A stretch of 62,585 bases of DNA, counting the filler, from Bipalium vagum (Eukaryota): NCBI GenBank assembly GCA_037834085.1. It is 3 parts of 3 records of this genome, joined end to end, with 100 filler letters (N's around TTAATTAATTAA, not from the genome) between each part and the next. Parts side by side here need not be neighbours in the genome. Positions count along the whole stretch, not along the records: positions 1 to 17,711 come from JBBMKC010054554.1; 2 more parts are not named here. One strand, 5' to 3'. Positions 1 to 13,893 of this stretch are shown piece after piece. The notes below the pieces were generated by a model. It saw only the letters and a list, made by a program, of their open reading frames with translations. It had not been told where the DNA came from and made no database searches. A program made the position numbers and the translations under genes. Numbering within the stretch: position 1 is the first letter of the stretch; every line of letters starts with the position of its first letter.

Positions 1-149
1 AAGAAGAAGANNNNNNNNNNNNNNNNNNNNNNNNNNNNNNNNNNNNNNNNNNNNNNNNNNNNNNNNNNNNNNNNNNNNNNNNNNNNNNNNNNNNNNNNNN
101 NNNNNNNNNNNNNNNNNNNNNNNNNNNNNNNNNNNNNNNNNNNNNNNNA

Positions 150-3100
150 TCAGTCAAAATCTTCTTCCATATCTAATTTGGTATAACCATTAAGAGCCTC
201 AGGGATATTTTGAAGTCTTGACAATATTTTCCTTTTGAATTTATCAAAATAAATATAAGGTCTGTGAACAATGTCTTTTCTTTTGTCAATTCTTTTCCCA
301 TAAGATAAAATGTCGTCATCCGTCTGACTGACTAACTCTATTTCTTGACGTGACATCCTGGCGGTGTGGTTGTTCTCATAAAACCTAGATCTTAATTTTG
401 TCTTATTTTGACCAATACCGATATCTAAATTGAATAATTAAAAGACTTTGTTAAAGAACGTCTTTACTTTCAAAATAATTGACCAATGTGGCCATATTTG
501 GAAATAGAAAGTTGATTGTTCGATATTTACATTCTCTTTTGTTGGAAACATGCTTAATGAGAAAATGTTTCACGGCATGATTGCAATCCAGCAGGGAATC
601 TCTTATGGAAAGCGCATAATAATTTTCTTCTAAATTATTTTGGAAATTTATTAATCGATAAACTAGATCTAGTAATAAATAATTGAATTTTTTTTATATA
701 ATGTAAGTATTAAAATTATTATAAAAATATCAATTTCAAATTGATTTTCACATCAAATATTCAAATGCCAAATAGTTTCAAAAATAAGAAAGGAAAAACT
801 TCAACACATTTCTTTCCTGGAATAACCAACATGAGAATACATAAGATGCACATTTGGCAATGAATTTTATATGCATTTCAATAATGCAAAATGTAACAAG
901 AGCATGTATCCATTTTCTCTGCCTTGGCGAAAAAATAGCAACGTATAATGTGTGCGCTTGTTGCTTCAAACGCTTTAAGGAAGGTGAATTTACTATCAAA
1001 GACAAACCACGTCCTGCGGCCCCTAGAACAAGCTGTCCGTTGTTCGATAATGCACAGACTGACGATTTTCATTTCGTTTACTGATCATTATTTTCAAAAT
1101 ATTTAACATGAGAATATTTTTAAATATTTTGAAAATTTTGAAGTAAAAAAAAATATTAATTTAATTTTAAAAAAATTTGATTAAATTAATTAGAAAAATA
1201 AGTTAATTAATTATTTAAAATGAAAAAGAATTTTGAAAATATTTGATTTAAATCTTCGAGTTTTAGTATTTTAACAATTCTTTATTTATTGTGTTTTTTT
1301 GTTGGTCAAATGATTTTAAAATTGCATTAATTTTTTGTTTATTTTAAATTTAATTAATTAATTAATAATTCATTGCCCATGTGAGTATAAAAACTTATTT
1401 CTAATTTTTATATTGTGCTTAATTTAAATTTTTAATATTTATTTTAAAATAACTTTTATTGAAATGAATTTTAATATTTATGGCACAATATTCTAGTTTT
1501 ATAATATTTTTATAATTTCTTTTTATAATATTAAAAATAATAACTTTTTTTAAAAAGGATGGGGCATTATTAAAGGGTGGGCAATTATTTCAAGTTTTAG
1601 AGTATTAATTTTTTTAACAATGGAAATGTTTACGTATTATTGTTTTAAAAAGCATTCAAAAATATATTGTTCAAACTATGATTGATTTTGTTGATATGTA
1701 CCTAATGAAAATTATATTATTATTATATCTATTACTTATTATTTTATATATTTATGTTAATCTTATTTTACAGATAATATTTACTACCTATTTATAAACA
1801 TTTACATCCTCTGAAAGGTAGATTCATCCGAAAGACTGACTTTTGAAACTTTTCAATCCGAATGACCTGCTTTGAATAAATTGTTTATTAATACTATAAA
1901 TATATTTAATTAGCCGAAAATGTAAATGACACCGGTAAGTTCTAATGTTGTCAATCAAATTACTAGTGATAACATGATAAATCATCAGCTTTATTTTATT
2001 TACTGGTCATCGATAAGAATGAAATTAATAAAGAACGGTCTTTCTTTTCTCTAAATCTTTAAAATAAAGTCTGAACCTTGAATAAGATTTTCCATCAACT
2101 TTAACCATGTCTGTATTTCTTATATATAATTATGATGGGGATTAACCTAACATAATTTAGTTAAAGTCTTTTTCATGTATTGAAGATAATAATGGAGACT
2201 TTGCTCGACAAATGTTTAACTTATATACCCATTGAAATCCATAAAACAGATGATTTATTATTTTAAACAAAATTATTTCTAATATATATTTACAATCATT
2301 ACCATTTACAAAGCGAAATCACTGATAAAATCTAATATTAAGAATTCACTGTCTCGCTCGGTCGTTGCTATAGTTATAAGTTTTAATTATTATAATTATT
2401 TAGTATAATTTAATTACTATGTGTAATACTTATGTAATTAAGTAATAATTTAATTATTATAATTACCATAAAAGCATATAATTATTAATAATGTTACTAT
2501 CTGTTTTCATCATTAAATCGATGGAACAATTAAAGGTTCTATTTTAAAAAATATTTTATAAAAAATAAAATTGATAAATTTAAATCTTAAAAACATTTTT
2601 AAACTTAGGTTTCTCAGACAGAACAATAATAATACGGGCATACCAAAAGTCTTGTCACTGACAAGAAAATATGTTAACCAATAAAAATATCTAATCATCT
2701 TGTAAATGACTGTGTAAGATATGATTAGGTTATTTTGTATCCAAAAATTAATTTTTTTTGTTATAGATATTATAAAGCTAAAGAGTAATTTCTTAATTGC
2801 ACTATTACCAATGTGTCATTCTATATTTAGAAATATTGAAGTTAAAAGAGAAAGGTCCGTTTCATAATTGAAACATGATACAGTTATGACATGGAGTGTA
2901 AAAGATATCACAAGCTCATCTCTAAAGCATGGTGAACCATTTAGTATCTTTGATGACAACTTGCAACTTATATTTCGACTTCCAACCTGGATAACGAATC
3001 TCTTTAGAAAACAATGCTAGACGTCTACATTCTTCTCGTCAGCATAAACTTGTGATGATATTGCATGAGTTAATAAATTATCCCCATATTAGCATAGACA

Positions 3101-6100
3101 AACTGGCTGAGTCTACTGATGCTTCTCATGATATAATTCAACGTATTCTTACAGAAGATCTCCATCTAAAGTGAAAAGCAATGAAAGGAATTCCGATATT
3201 ATTTTCACGCATGATAATACTCTTCAGATTCATCTGCTTCTGTAATCAGATTCCTTGAAGAAAGAGAAATAACTTTGCTGGTTAAGTCATTTTAAAGTCT
3301 AGACTTTAATATAGTGTTTACCAAACTGGATCGGAATCAATATTGTCGAAGTTTTCAGTTTCAGATGAAATAAAAATATAGGTGACAAAGGTTTTCCGAT
3401 AATTATCACGAGATGACATAATCAAGCAGTCACAGTTGTTGAAAACTGAACTTCGATCTACCATTGAAGCATGAAGTAGATTTACAGTAAGTAAATTTAT
3501 TTTGTAGTCATCCTGTTTGTAAATACATGTTTGTGAAAAGACTTGGTTTGAAAGTATTGTATTTGAAATATTATTGATAATGATTAATAGTAAGCACTGG
3601 CCACTATGCAATGGAATAAAATATTTTCATACTTTTATATATAATTGTAATATTTACATTTTCTGTCTTTAATTTTTTATACATATTTATTTTACTTATC
3701 TAAATACATATTTGATTGCTATATAAATTAAATCAATAATTTTCATGTCAATAATGTTATTTATTAACGTAAAAATATCAATTTTCAAATAGAAATTAAA
3801 TTATCTCACCAAGGGATTTTCGATGTTTATTTTTTAAATCGTTGATTTCATTTTAACTTAAAACTTTCAAATTTTTTTATTAACTTTTTAAAATAATTAT
3901 TATTTTATTTTTACATTATTTTTTTATAATTTATATTATTTTACTTAAGATTTTAAAATATCCTTGGGAAAGAGCACAATTTTTCTTTACAATTCAGGTA
4001 TTTCTTTCTTCCGATTTCTATTTTACATTAAATATCTTATTTCTAAATGTTAGGTGCCGAATGTATGGAAGTTTCTTAGTAAAAGAAATTCGTTAATTTA
4101 ACAAATTCTTTCAGTTACTAGTTATTATGAGTTCAAGAAGATCTTTCTCTTAGCGGTTTGTGCATACAGAAAATCCAACATAGTTTGTTTTTCAATAAGT
4201 ATAAAAGATGTTCATATTCAGATTTTTATTTATCGGACACAATCGTTTGTTGATCATGATTCAGGTCCATATTAAATTTATCTGGGTCTTGACTTATTTT
4301 TTTAGTGTTATCATTATAACCAGTCAAAAACCTGCTTTACTTGTGAACGTTTGAAATAACTATATCTGATATTTCGGGATACTTCGATTATTAAAATATA
4401 TATTTTATTAATTGTAAAAACCTCATCGGAATTTTGTTTTAATTGCACAGTTTGTAAGGTTTCCAAACCTGTTTGTAGCTTAGTCTTGTATCTTTAAGGA
4501 TTTTAATCACTGCCACTTTATCAGTATTATTCAAATTCATAATTCAAAATGTATCGTAATATTGTAGGCTAGTTGTAAAAGTGCTAACTCTTTAATATTT
4601 AAACAAATTAATTATTTTCAAATATTTTTAATAAAAGTTGATTATGAAATTAATTCAATTATTTATTTTAATTATATATTACTTATTTATAAAATTAATT
4701 TAACACTATAAAATCTATGAATTATCGATAATAAATTGTATATTATTTTTTAATTTTAAAAACTTTGCTTTAGTAATATTCTTACAATACATTTAATGGA
4801 TCAATTGGAAACTTTATCAATGATAAAAACAAAGGAAACATTTAACAGAACCTCTATAATACTTTTTATTTAATTAAAAAAACAGTTTCATAATTTACTT
4901 TTAATAACTCATAATATAACTAAATAATTTTTTTAACAAATAAGATATAAATAATTATGTTAATAGTATTATTAATATTTATTTTTACTTAGTTAAGACT
5001 GATTTTCTTCAGAAATTACTCTTTTCCAAAGAAAGGACCTACTATAAGGTTTTGAAATAAGATTACCATATCTAACCTATTGGTCAACATTATTTGAAAA
5101 TAACTTGAAAATGACTGATGGAAGAGATGAATGTTTGACATCGTAAAATCGTCTATACTTTAATCACTGTCAAGTAACACTATTGTTATTTCTGGTCATT
5201 GCTAAAGGATGTATTTGTTTGTGTTTCTGTTCTAATTCAATCCTGAATTAATGTGAATTTGTAAATGCAGAAATATTATAAATTTATTTTATTAAGTAGC
5301 ACTATTACTACTAACACCAGTAACATGATTAGAAAGTAATCTGGTGATTTTGGTAAGTAATTCCGTTTAGTTTAACAAAAAATCAAAAAATTAAATGAAC
5401 CAAAATATAATATATAGTGATCTACTAAAACTGAAAGCTAACTATCTTTAACAGAGTGCGTCAGCTATTTGATGACAAAAATTGTTAAAATATATCATGA
5501 TAATTTTTTAGTGGCGCTAAAATTGATTTTCAATATTTATTGATACAACATTTTATAATTTTTTAAATTTAGAAATGGAAGAGATAACTTTTGAATTAAC
5601 AAGGCATGCAGTTATTGTTGTATTAGCCGCCGGACACAGTGAATTAAAAATTTCCAAATTTCTTAATGTGGCCAGATCGTTTGTCAATAAAATTAGAAAG
5701 GAATGTTTGGCATCTGATCGAAATGTTTCCACGATAACTAAACGAAAAACACATTCCTCACTTTCAGACATTGTCAGAAATGTTAATTTTGTTCTAGAAG
5801 TCCAGGATGTTGTTCACGAAAGTCCCGAATTGCCTATAGACTATCGGTTTCTGAGTCATCAGTAAGACCAATAACACCATGAATTAAAATGCAAGTCTTA
5901 CGTTATGAAAAGAAGACATTTTGTATCGGCAAAAAGCAAAGAAAATCGTTTTATCCGCTCGAAGTGACTTTTCAATAAGATCAAGCATCCTGATCATCCA
6001 AATATGCTATGGTTCTTTTCTGATGAAAAACTTTTTACTCAAGATCAAAAGTTTAATAGGAGGAACGATCGATGGCTGTGCTCCTGTTCTTCTGAAGTCA

Positions 6101-9100
6101 TATAATGTTATGCACACCAAGTTTCCATCATTTTTAATGATTTTGGGTTTTGTGAGCATCGAAGGTCATGTTATGCCTCCGTATTTCTTTCCACATGGAC
6201 TTAGAATTAATGCATCTCTTTGTATATAATGTCTACATACATATGTGAAGCCCTGGATTAAAAAAGTTGCCAACGAAAGGTCTTATGTGTTCCAATAGAC
6301 TCAGGTCCCTGCCATACAGCATTAAAACACAAAAATGGCTATCGCTAAATTTTAACGACCATATTACTCCGAACTTATGGTAATCTAGCTCACCCGATTT
6401 AAATCCTTTGAACTATTTCGTATGAGGCGTCGTAGAGAAGGAGACGAAAAAACATACTCATAATCCAAAAGATTCCTTACAGGCTTCTATAAGTTCTGCT
6501 ATGATAATCATGAACTAAAACCATTTTATAGTCACTTGTCAGCTTTTCAAAAGCCGTCTTGAAGCTGTAATTGACACTGAAGGCGATTTTATTGAATAAA
6601 TAAATCTGCTGTAATTAAAACAAATAAAGTTTCTAATATTGCTTAAAAATATACATTCTTTTCATTAAAATTATTACTTACCTTTATCTTCATTTTTTCT
6701 CAAATAACTGACGCATCCTGTATATCCTCGTCTCCAACTTGCAAGTTGAATGTTTGATAAATACCGATTACATAAGTAATTACTCTAATTATTTCAGAAT
6801 AAAACTGTTGTTTTGTATTTACAATACTTTACAAAGGGATCTATCGTGTTTTGTAATACTTAATAATTTTCTTTCTGCATTTCTTTTTATATTTACTGAT
6901 GAGATCGAACTATTTGCTGAAATATTTGTTCGATTTTTAATCTTATTCTTTGTAGTTGCTCTATTGTAGATCTCTCACTGCAAATCTTCAAAGAATCTTT
7001 GAAGATTGTTAAAACAAAACCAGATTGAAAAATTAGATGTCATATTTAAATATGTAATTATTATATCTTTCTCCAAATGTAAGACAGATTTAAAAAAAAA
7101 TAAAATGTCAGAGGTTCAATTCACATCTTTCTTTTTGGAATGAAAACTTTTAATAAATAATTCTAAATTAAAAAAAAATCGTAAATTATAAATAATTATT
7201 TAACCAATTAAATAATCATAAAATAGGATAGTTTATCCTTAGGAATATTTAGAAAAAGTAACATTTCCATCCAAAAAGTAACATCTTTACAAAATGAAAG
7301 AAAAAGATAACTGGCTATTTAATAAGTAATTAATCTTTATTTAATTAAAAATACGGGGAATAAATCGTACTACCTATATTGATTTTCTTTACAAAACAAG
7401 AAATATCTTACTACTGGAAGGCCTGAGTATGTATGACCCTTGTTTTTTGTCCGAGTTCATTAAAATTAATTCGGCTTCAGCTCTATTAATATTTTTATAT
7501 ATTTCCATATTTTCGGGACTTACACCATCATTGATAATGTACTTAGAAGGCACCGTACTGAATTTCTTTTTTATGATATATAAACAAAATTGATTTTCCT
7601 CTTTATGTTTCCTTCCATCACTTTTCAGATTGCTCTGACAACGGTAACAGTTCTTCACAATGTGAGAATGCCTTTGAATTTCTTCTTCATGGGTCGTATA
7701 TACATTCTTGTAAATTTCTTCACCGAAAAAATTTATGTTTGCCATGATCATGCTATTTTCCATATCTAGAAAGAAATCATTGAAATACTGTGAAGAAATA
7801 ATATCATATTCTTTCAATATATAAATAAAAAAATGAATAAATCTGACCTATGATATAAAAATATTTACATGAAATTTGTTCAAACATGCAGCACTGGGTT
7901 ATAATCGATACGTCAACCGGAAACGTATGCTGAAACGACCATACGGCAAATTGTGAATTAATAATAAATCTAAAAAATTTTCTCATGATGCAATAATATA
8001 AATATATTTTTTATATAAATAAAGTTTAAATTAAAAATATTCTTAATATTATAACCGGTATTGATTTAATCTCTGAAGATTAAAACAAAGAGTTACATGA
8101 ACAAGTTTTATTATTTTTCTTTTCTGTTAAAAACATATGGAAACTCGGAAATCAATCAAAAGTCAATCATGAGATGAAAGTTGACCAAATAAACAATTGA
8201 TATTCATATTACTTAATTCATCATCACCATCATAATCATCATCATTATAATTATCACATTCTTACAAACGTTTCATTATTTCTCTCTAATTTAAGTGGGG
8301 AATGGGGATAATTGCTTCGTTTTTCACAAAAAAGCCAAGGATATAACAAAAACATAAAGTAAACAATTCACCATATTGGTTTTTCAATAAAAAACATTCA
8401 TTTTATTAATTTTTATGTTTTTATCCTTGAGTTCTGAGGCAAAAGATATGTAAAGAAAAGTTTTTCTTTTTTATGAATAAAAATATGTTATTTAAATAAT
8501 TTACAGTTTAAAATTTTGGTTTAAAACCCGATTTATTTCGTTAAGAGATTAGCGGATGTTATATTTTACACTGAAAAGATTTAAACAAAAATATTAAATT
8601 AATATAAGTATTTTCATTTTATGGAAATTATAGAATATAAAATTGATATTATGAAGAATGTTGTGTGCATTATCCTCTAATATTTCATTTTTGGAATCAA
8701 TTTTCATTAATTTATTTTCCTCAATTAGCAAAAAACAGAGTAAGCGGATCACATGGGAATGACTTAATCTAAGAAAGGAGGGGAGGAGTTTTTATGGGAT
8801 TTGGAAGAGAGGAATTTGAAATGATAAAATTTACTTGATTATAATTGAATGACCACCGAATGGATGTTGAATAGATAATGGGTTGCACCGTTGAAATTAT
8901 AGGAACAGTTTTCAGGAAGTTTTGGAATGGCAAGAAATTATTTTTAATTTACTAGTAACAGGGAATTCAGTGATAAATTCAATCAATAAAAAATTAATCA
9001 AAACTGATGAAATCACATTACAAGAAAATGTTAAGTATCTCACACAGCCATTTGAAATCACACCAAGATCCTATGATATGCTTAAAAATTCTCTAGATAT

Positions 9101-9478
9101 ATTCTAGGTAATCTTATGGAAATTCTATGATATATTTGGATATTTATTCTTCTCTATTTGCTAGGCGTCAACTGAACCTATTCCTGATTGGTTGATATCT
9201 GTTGTGAGAATAGGATTAAGTAGGATAATGTTTTTTTTACTGTTTCGTATTGCTTACTGGTCAAAAACCTCCATTTGTTGCAAATCAGAATTACCTTGAA
9301 CACACGAATTTTGTGAATCTTGTTGAACAATTTATTATGGTTTACTCGAAATATTTTCCAAAATTTTTATTAATTCCTCACCAGTGGGACATAATATATA
9401 ATAATTAAAATTTATAAATTTACCTTGTTGAACTCATAATACATTGGCTCCATTTTACTAAAAGGTTTTGATAAGCAA
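150..9478 (-). CDS. SH2-domain protein; open, phase-compatible exons 9478-9424, 7969-7848, 7810-7412, 629-468, 424-150 (5' end unresolved)
   Basis: All junctions are GT-AG with matching phases (2,1,1,1). The splice gives ...YKNINRAEAELILMNSDKKQGSYILRPSS|KENYYALSIRDSLLDCNHAVKHFLIKHVSNKRECKYRTINFLFPNMATLVNYFE|NIGIGQ...MEEDFD*, a complete SH2 fold with the betaB5 Arg (YILR). Introns 7811-7847 (37 nt) and 425-467 (43 nt) are clear. The long joins 7411->630 and 9423->7970 are inferred. Confidence 0.7.
860..1080 (+). mobile_element. mariner transposase N-terminal remnant
   Basis: CFKRFKEGEFTIKDKPRPAAP resembles the mariner WFxRFKxGxFxLxDxxRSGRP motif; truncated. Confidence 0.65.
2810..3560 (+). 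mobile_element. Highly decayed Tc1/mariner-superfamily remnant
   Basis: Broken motifs HDNT..H and SLDFN (SPDLN-like); many stops; no TIR pair identified. Confidence 0.35.
5452..6720 (+). mobile_element. Full-length but inactivated maT (DD37D-type) Tc1/mariner element
   Basis: TIRs cagagtgcgtcagctatttga (5452) and tcaaataactgacgcatcctg (ends 6720); TA on the right, AA on the left. Transposase from 5575 (MEEITFELTRHAVIVVLAAGHS...) has WFFSDEK, HTKFPSFLMILG, YVFQ*/SGPCH and SSPDLNPLNY, with stops and frameshifts. Confidence 0.9.
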
Positions 9479-9539
9479 CTTAAATTTAATGTCAATGCAT
9501 AAATTACTAACAAAAATTATAATTATTAGTACCCTTATA

Positions 9540-9850
9540 CAGGATGGTCTCTAGAAAGCGGAAAAAATGTCAAACAGCTTTTTATTTGTACAAAGAATAA
9601 CTTCTCTAAAGTTTTACACTCATATATGGTCAAAATGTCGTCCGTACACTTCAGAGCAGCGTCTTAACCTAGAAATGTAAGGTCATATAGCTTTTTGAAG
9701 GGTAACTTGTAAAATACCGTTCCAAGCTCTTCCCAAGTTTGTTTCAAATCATCAGAAGAGTGTGTTTTCAATTTTCTCGACGATTTTTCTTTGAAAGATA
9801 AACCACCGTCTGCTCGTACATTACAGGTTTCTGACAAACAAATCGAAAAC
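9540..9850 (-). mobile_element. Tc1-like 3' end fragment
   Basis: TA-caggatggtc terminus at 9538-9550; minus-strand LKTHSSDDLKQTWEEL resembles a Tc1/maT C-terminus. Confidence 0.45.
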
Positions 9851-10578
9851 ACAATAGAAAGAAATCAACACGCGACAACTCATTACTTAAGGCAATTTTT
9901 CACGGATTTGTTCTGAAAAAGACGTAATTTATGAATTCCATAAAATCTTAAAGAATTTAACCTAACACCTCGCATTATTAAATGCGATTGGCTTCTGAAA
10001 TGCAACAAAACTGATCCATTTCTGAAAAATTAATAACTGTAGATGAGAAATGAAGTAATTAAGATAATATAAAGATCTTTGTGCAAGATAGGTGAATCAG
10101 CACCCAAGCTGAAATCCATCAAAAGAAGGTTTTAATATCAGTATGGTTGGACTATTCTTTTTGACATATTGTCACGCAAAGAAACAATTAATTCAAATGT
10201 TTTTTTCAACAAATCGCCAACTTGAATAATCAAATACAAAAAAGCTCTGAATTGACCAATCATAAAGAATCATACAAATCTTTGGCCATCATGTAAAGAT
10301 TATTTGAGCTAGATTTGAATGTGTTTCCACATCCAGCATATGGTGCGGGCCTCGCACTTATTTATTTCGTTCTTGGAGTAATTGCAAAGAGTTCAACGGT
10401 GAAGTTAAATTGCACCTAGTATAGTTAGAACTCTTATGATAAAGGCATTATGATGTATCCTGAAAGATGGTAGAAGATAAGCAAAAATGATCAATACTTT
10501 ACTGATTAACATTTTTCATTCTCTATGAAATTTATCTTTATATTTTGTTTTAAAGATTACTTATTTGTCATCCCAGTA
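9850..10578 (+). mobile_element. mariner remnant (catalytic half plus right TIR)
   Basis: CDWLLKCNKTDPFLK/ITVDEK*, IHQKKVLISVWLDY, HPAYGAGLA (YSPDLA-like), GIMMYPERW*; TIR-like ttacttatttgtcatcccag-ta. Confidence 0.8.
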
Positions 10579-10579
10579 T

Positions 10580-11101
10580 AATGTTTTTTCCAAAATTCTA
10601 TGGGCTAATTGTTTCTAATAATTTTGTTTATAGTTTCAGCTCTTTCTTCTTTCTTTTAAAATGAGAATATCAGTTGCTATACTTTGTGCACTCACCAATG
10701 AATTATTTGGAACTTTTCTTAATACTTGAAGACGTCTCTAATATTTAAAATCTTTGGACAGCCTATGAATTTTATATAAGTAATAGCCCATGTATTGTTC
10801 CACTTTTGAATGACATTCAATTGTAGGTTTTCTTTTGCTAAAAACTTTTTAATATCAGTATAACTTTTTCCTGTACCATGTAATATAATAATTTGAGTTC
10901 TTCCTCCATTTGATAGTTCTCTGATTGTGCTATAATTATTCATTATGAAATTGTACCTACAATTTTAATATAATAAATAATAATATAGTAACACTGAAAT
11001 TTAAAAATTAGACAACATTATTTTTTACATTTATTATGATATTATAATCACGTTTACATGGATCAAGAATAATTTGCGTATTACACTCTTATTCATACCT
11101 G
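10580..11101 (-). mobile_element. Tc1-like 5' fragment (HTH region)
   Basis: ORF 10943-10719 RELSNGGRTQIIILHGTGKSYTDI...GCPKILNIRD matches a Tc1 paired-like HTH with a GRP motif; terminus attcatacctg-ta at ~11091-11103. Confidence 0.65.
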
Positions 11102-12399
11102 TATCATAATAAGCCTTTGAAAAATATGGATTTTTCACCGTTCTCTTAACCCCCAATGTGACGTTTGTTTTAATTTTTCAAAATAATCAACATAATTTTA
11201 ACCGACAAATTATTAAATTTTTAATAAAAAAATAATATTTGATTTTAAAATAATAGTGATTAATAGTGAAATAATAATAATAAAACAGTGACTCCATAAA
11301 GTTTTTGTTCTGCAGTGAAAATATTTATTTATCAAGATATCTAAAAAATTTCTAAAAATTACAATATACATAAAGTTTAATTAACAGTTTACGCAATTTA
11401 TACTATTAGTAAAATATTTTGCGTTAAAATTCTGTTCTGATACCCCAGGGTCATTTTTGTTTATCTATTCTAAATAGATGATTATGTAACCATGGAGTAA
11501 ATTTAAATAATTTAGGAAAATTTAGTAAAATTAAGTAAATTTAGGAAAATAAGGTACATTAAAACTTTGAACACATTAGTAGCATCCTCCTGTTTAGAAA
11601 ATTATTGTTCACACATTTTTTACCATACTAGATTAAAAAGAAATAGTTATATTCCAAATCAAAGCTATACGAAGAGCATTATTAATCTGATTTTAAAGAG
11701 CTCTAAAAATTAGCTTTGTGCTGTGAATTTTGTAAGATGAAATCGTCAATTATCCGATTTTCAATTTTTTCCTCACTATTTCATAAACCTCTTTGCAATA
11801 AATTTTGCTACACTCAGAATCAATCGTTCTACGGATATATAAAGTTATAGTTGTAAAAAGTCAAAATTCTCGGAAAAATACTGTATCATTTTGGTTGACA
11901 CTCGAATAAATTTTACTAGATTTGGATCATATTGGAAGACCCATGCACATAACTATCGTTTAATTTCTGGCTTACATAAGCATCCAAGATTCATTACATG
12001 TAATGATATTGTTAACCACTTGTAACTCACCGAAATTTAGTTTCTTTAAAATTCTTCTTATCATTCCAAACAGGCTACTTTTTGAGCAGTCTCTAATGTA
12101 AAACTCAACGGAAACAATTTGTCATACCAAAATGTTTTTTGGCCCTATCAAGTACATTACATATTATTTAAATCTATGTAAATCTAATTGAATTTTATTC
12201 CAGGTTTTCCCACTTTTCTTAATTACAACTATTTTCTATTAAATTCAGATATTTTTCTTGCAATTCTGTAACTGAAATAAACGCTATAAGAATTATTAGT
12301 AAATTTTACAGGCAGTGAACAAACTTTTCGAGGATACTGTATATGTTAATCATAATGATGCTCAATAATGTCTGAATCTCACTATAATTCACATGACAA

Positions 12400-12640
12400 A
12401 AACATTAATCAGTTCATTAATGACATTGATATTTCCTCGCACCATAATTGATTAGTCATCCGTCGAAATCAAGAATATTATTAAATTCTTTAAACTAGGG
12501 ATATATTGTGACTTTCTACAGGCCCAATTAATAATTATTGCACTAATCTAATCAATACTCTGTTGTTTGGGGTAATCATCTCCGGAAATCATAAATAAAT
12601 CATGGCAAGGCAATTATCTGGAGTTTCTTTAATTTTTATA
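12400..12640 (-). pseudogene. Possible decayed PH-domain exon upstream of the SH2 gene
   Basis: MIYL/SGDDYPKQQSID*ISAIIINWACRKSQYIPSLKNLIIFLISTDD resembles PH strands. Exon 9478-9424 (AYQNLLVKWSQCI) resembles the PH C-terminal Trp helix. Confidence 0.3.
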
Positions 12641-13893
12641 CTAAGAAAACTAAGAAAGATTGAAATATTCTACTATTAATCAATTGTTTGTTCTAACCTA
12701 TTAATGTACATTTACACAAAGTCATCTCTTCATGTAAATTTCAGATCGACCTTAGGTCATACTTATTGCCAGTTTTCAATGCATATCGCATAACCAAATT
12801 ATTTAAAAAGCAATAAAATATTATTCTTATATTAAATTATTATTTATTTAATTCACTATCTTGTAAAAACATGATTTGCAAAATCAATAGTAAACAACCT
12901 TTATTTAAAATTGAACATATCAAGGAAAATAATAAAATATTTTTTAAAATCAAAAATAAAATTGCCATCTACTTTTATTAGTGATAATATATAAAATTAT
13001 AACATAGTTTTGTTAAATCTCACATTTGATAGTGTGTGAATAATAATAAACATCTTTCAAACTCCGAGAAGGGATAATATTGAAACTAAAGGTCATAAGT
13101 TAATAAAAATTATATATATAAAACTAATGTTATTTATAAACTTCTTTTTAATGTTGAGAAATTTGATAATAAATCTACAAAATCCTTATTATTAGACTAA
13201 TTTGTTTTATTTTTAGAAAATATTACAGAATGTTTAACTTTGTCGAGAAACAGAATTAAAACTGTTGGTTTATAAAGAAATTCCTAATTGATTAATTAAC
13301 TTTCAGTTAAATATAATTATACCTTCAATTATGAACATTTTACAATCTCTGAAAAATTATCAAATACTTATGGCAATATTTATAAAATTACACTTTATAT
13401 TATACGTAATTTCTAAAAGCACAATTAATGGAAATAGTAAAATTATTTTGTCCAAATTAATATTTCAAAACTGTTAGAAAACTACTTTTATTCCTGGTCA
13501 TTTAGAATAAAATTTTTTATAACAAATTTCCTTAATTAATAATTAAATGTAGTAATAGTAAATTAAAATTTATTAAATAACAATATCATTAAAAGTCAAG
13601 TTTTTTTAAAAAATTTAATAACTTTTAACAATAAATGTTGGAAAAAATTAGCATGATCATATATTAACTTATTTTTCAAAATGAAAATGAAAATCATACA
13701 ATTATTCGACAATCAATATAAAATATCTACGACCTTGAGTTTGTTTAAAATTATTAATGTGTATTTAATAATTTAATAAATTTTATTAAATTCTATATTT
13801 CCATTCAAATTTCATTAGAATAATTTTTCAGCGTTTTTATTATTGAAATAGTATTAAATCAATTTTCAACTTACTTTGTTAAAATAATGTGAC

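Larger units (their letters stand above)
1810..7373 (-). pseudogene. Series of decayed SH2-like exon remnants inside the long intron of the SH2 gene
   Basis: Stop- and frameshift-broken SH2-like motifs: 7373-7204 (SSTIYSPYF*...CYFLDGNVTFS), ~6920-6722 plus 5449-5395 (NIKRNAERKLL...VITYVIG...DS*LSVLVDHY), ~5130-4990 (YFQIMLTNRLDMVILFQNLIVGPFF), ~4260-3950 (KSEYEHLL...PYIRHL), ~2700-2610 (YFLVSDKTF), ~2150-1810 (LKLMENLIQGSDFILKI*...SLLISF). Recognised by eye only. Confidence 0.45.

Noticed and set aside
8910-9200. Four in-frame TAG codons suggesting stop-codon reassignment
   Set aside because: They arise largely from a local degenerate repeat; the reconstructed intact exons need no readthrough and end at ordinary TAA/TGA.
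11880-12341. Tc1-like terminus and fragments
   Set aside because: Probably TE debris, but too decayed to delimit or classify.
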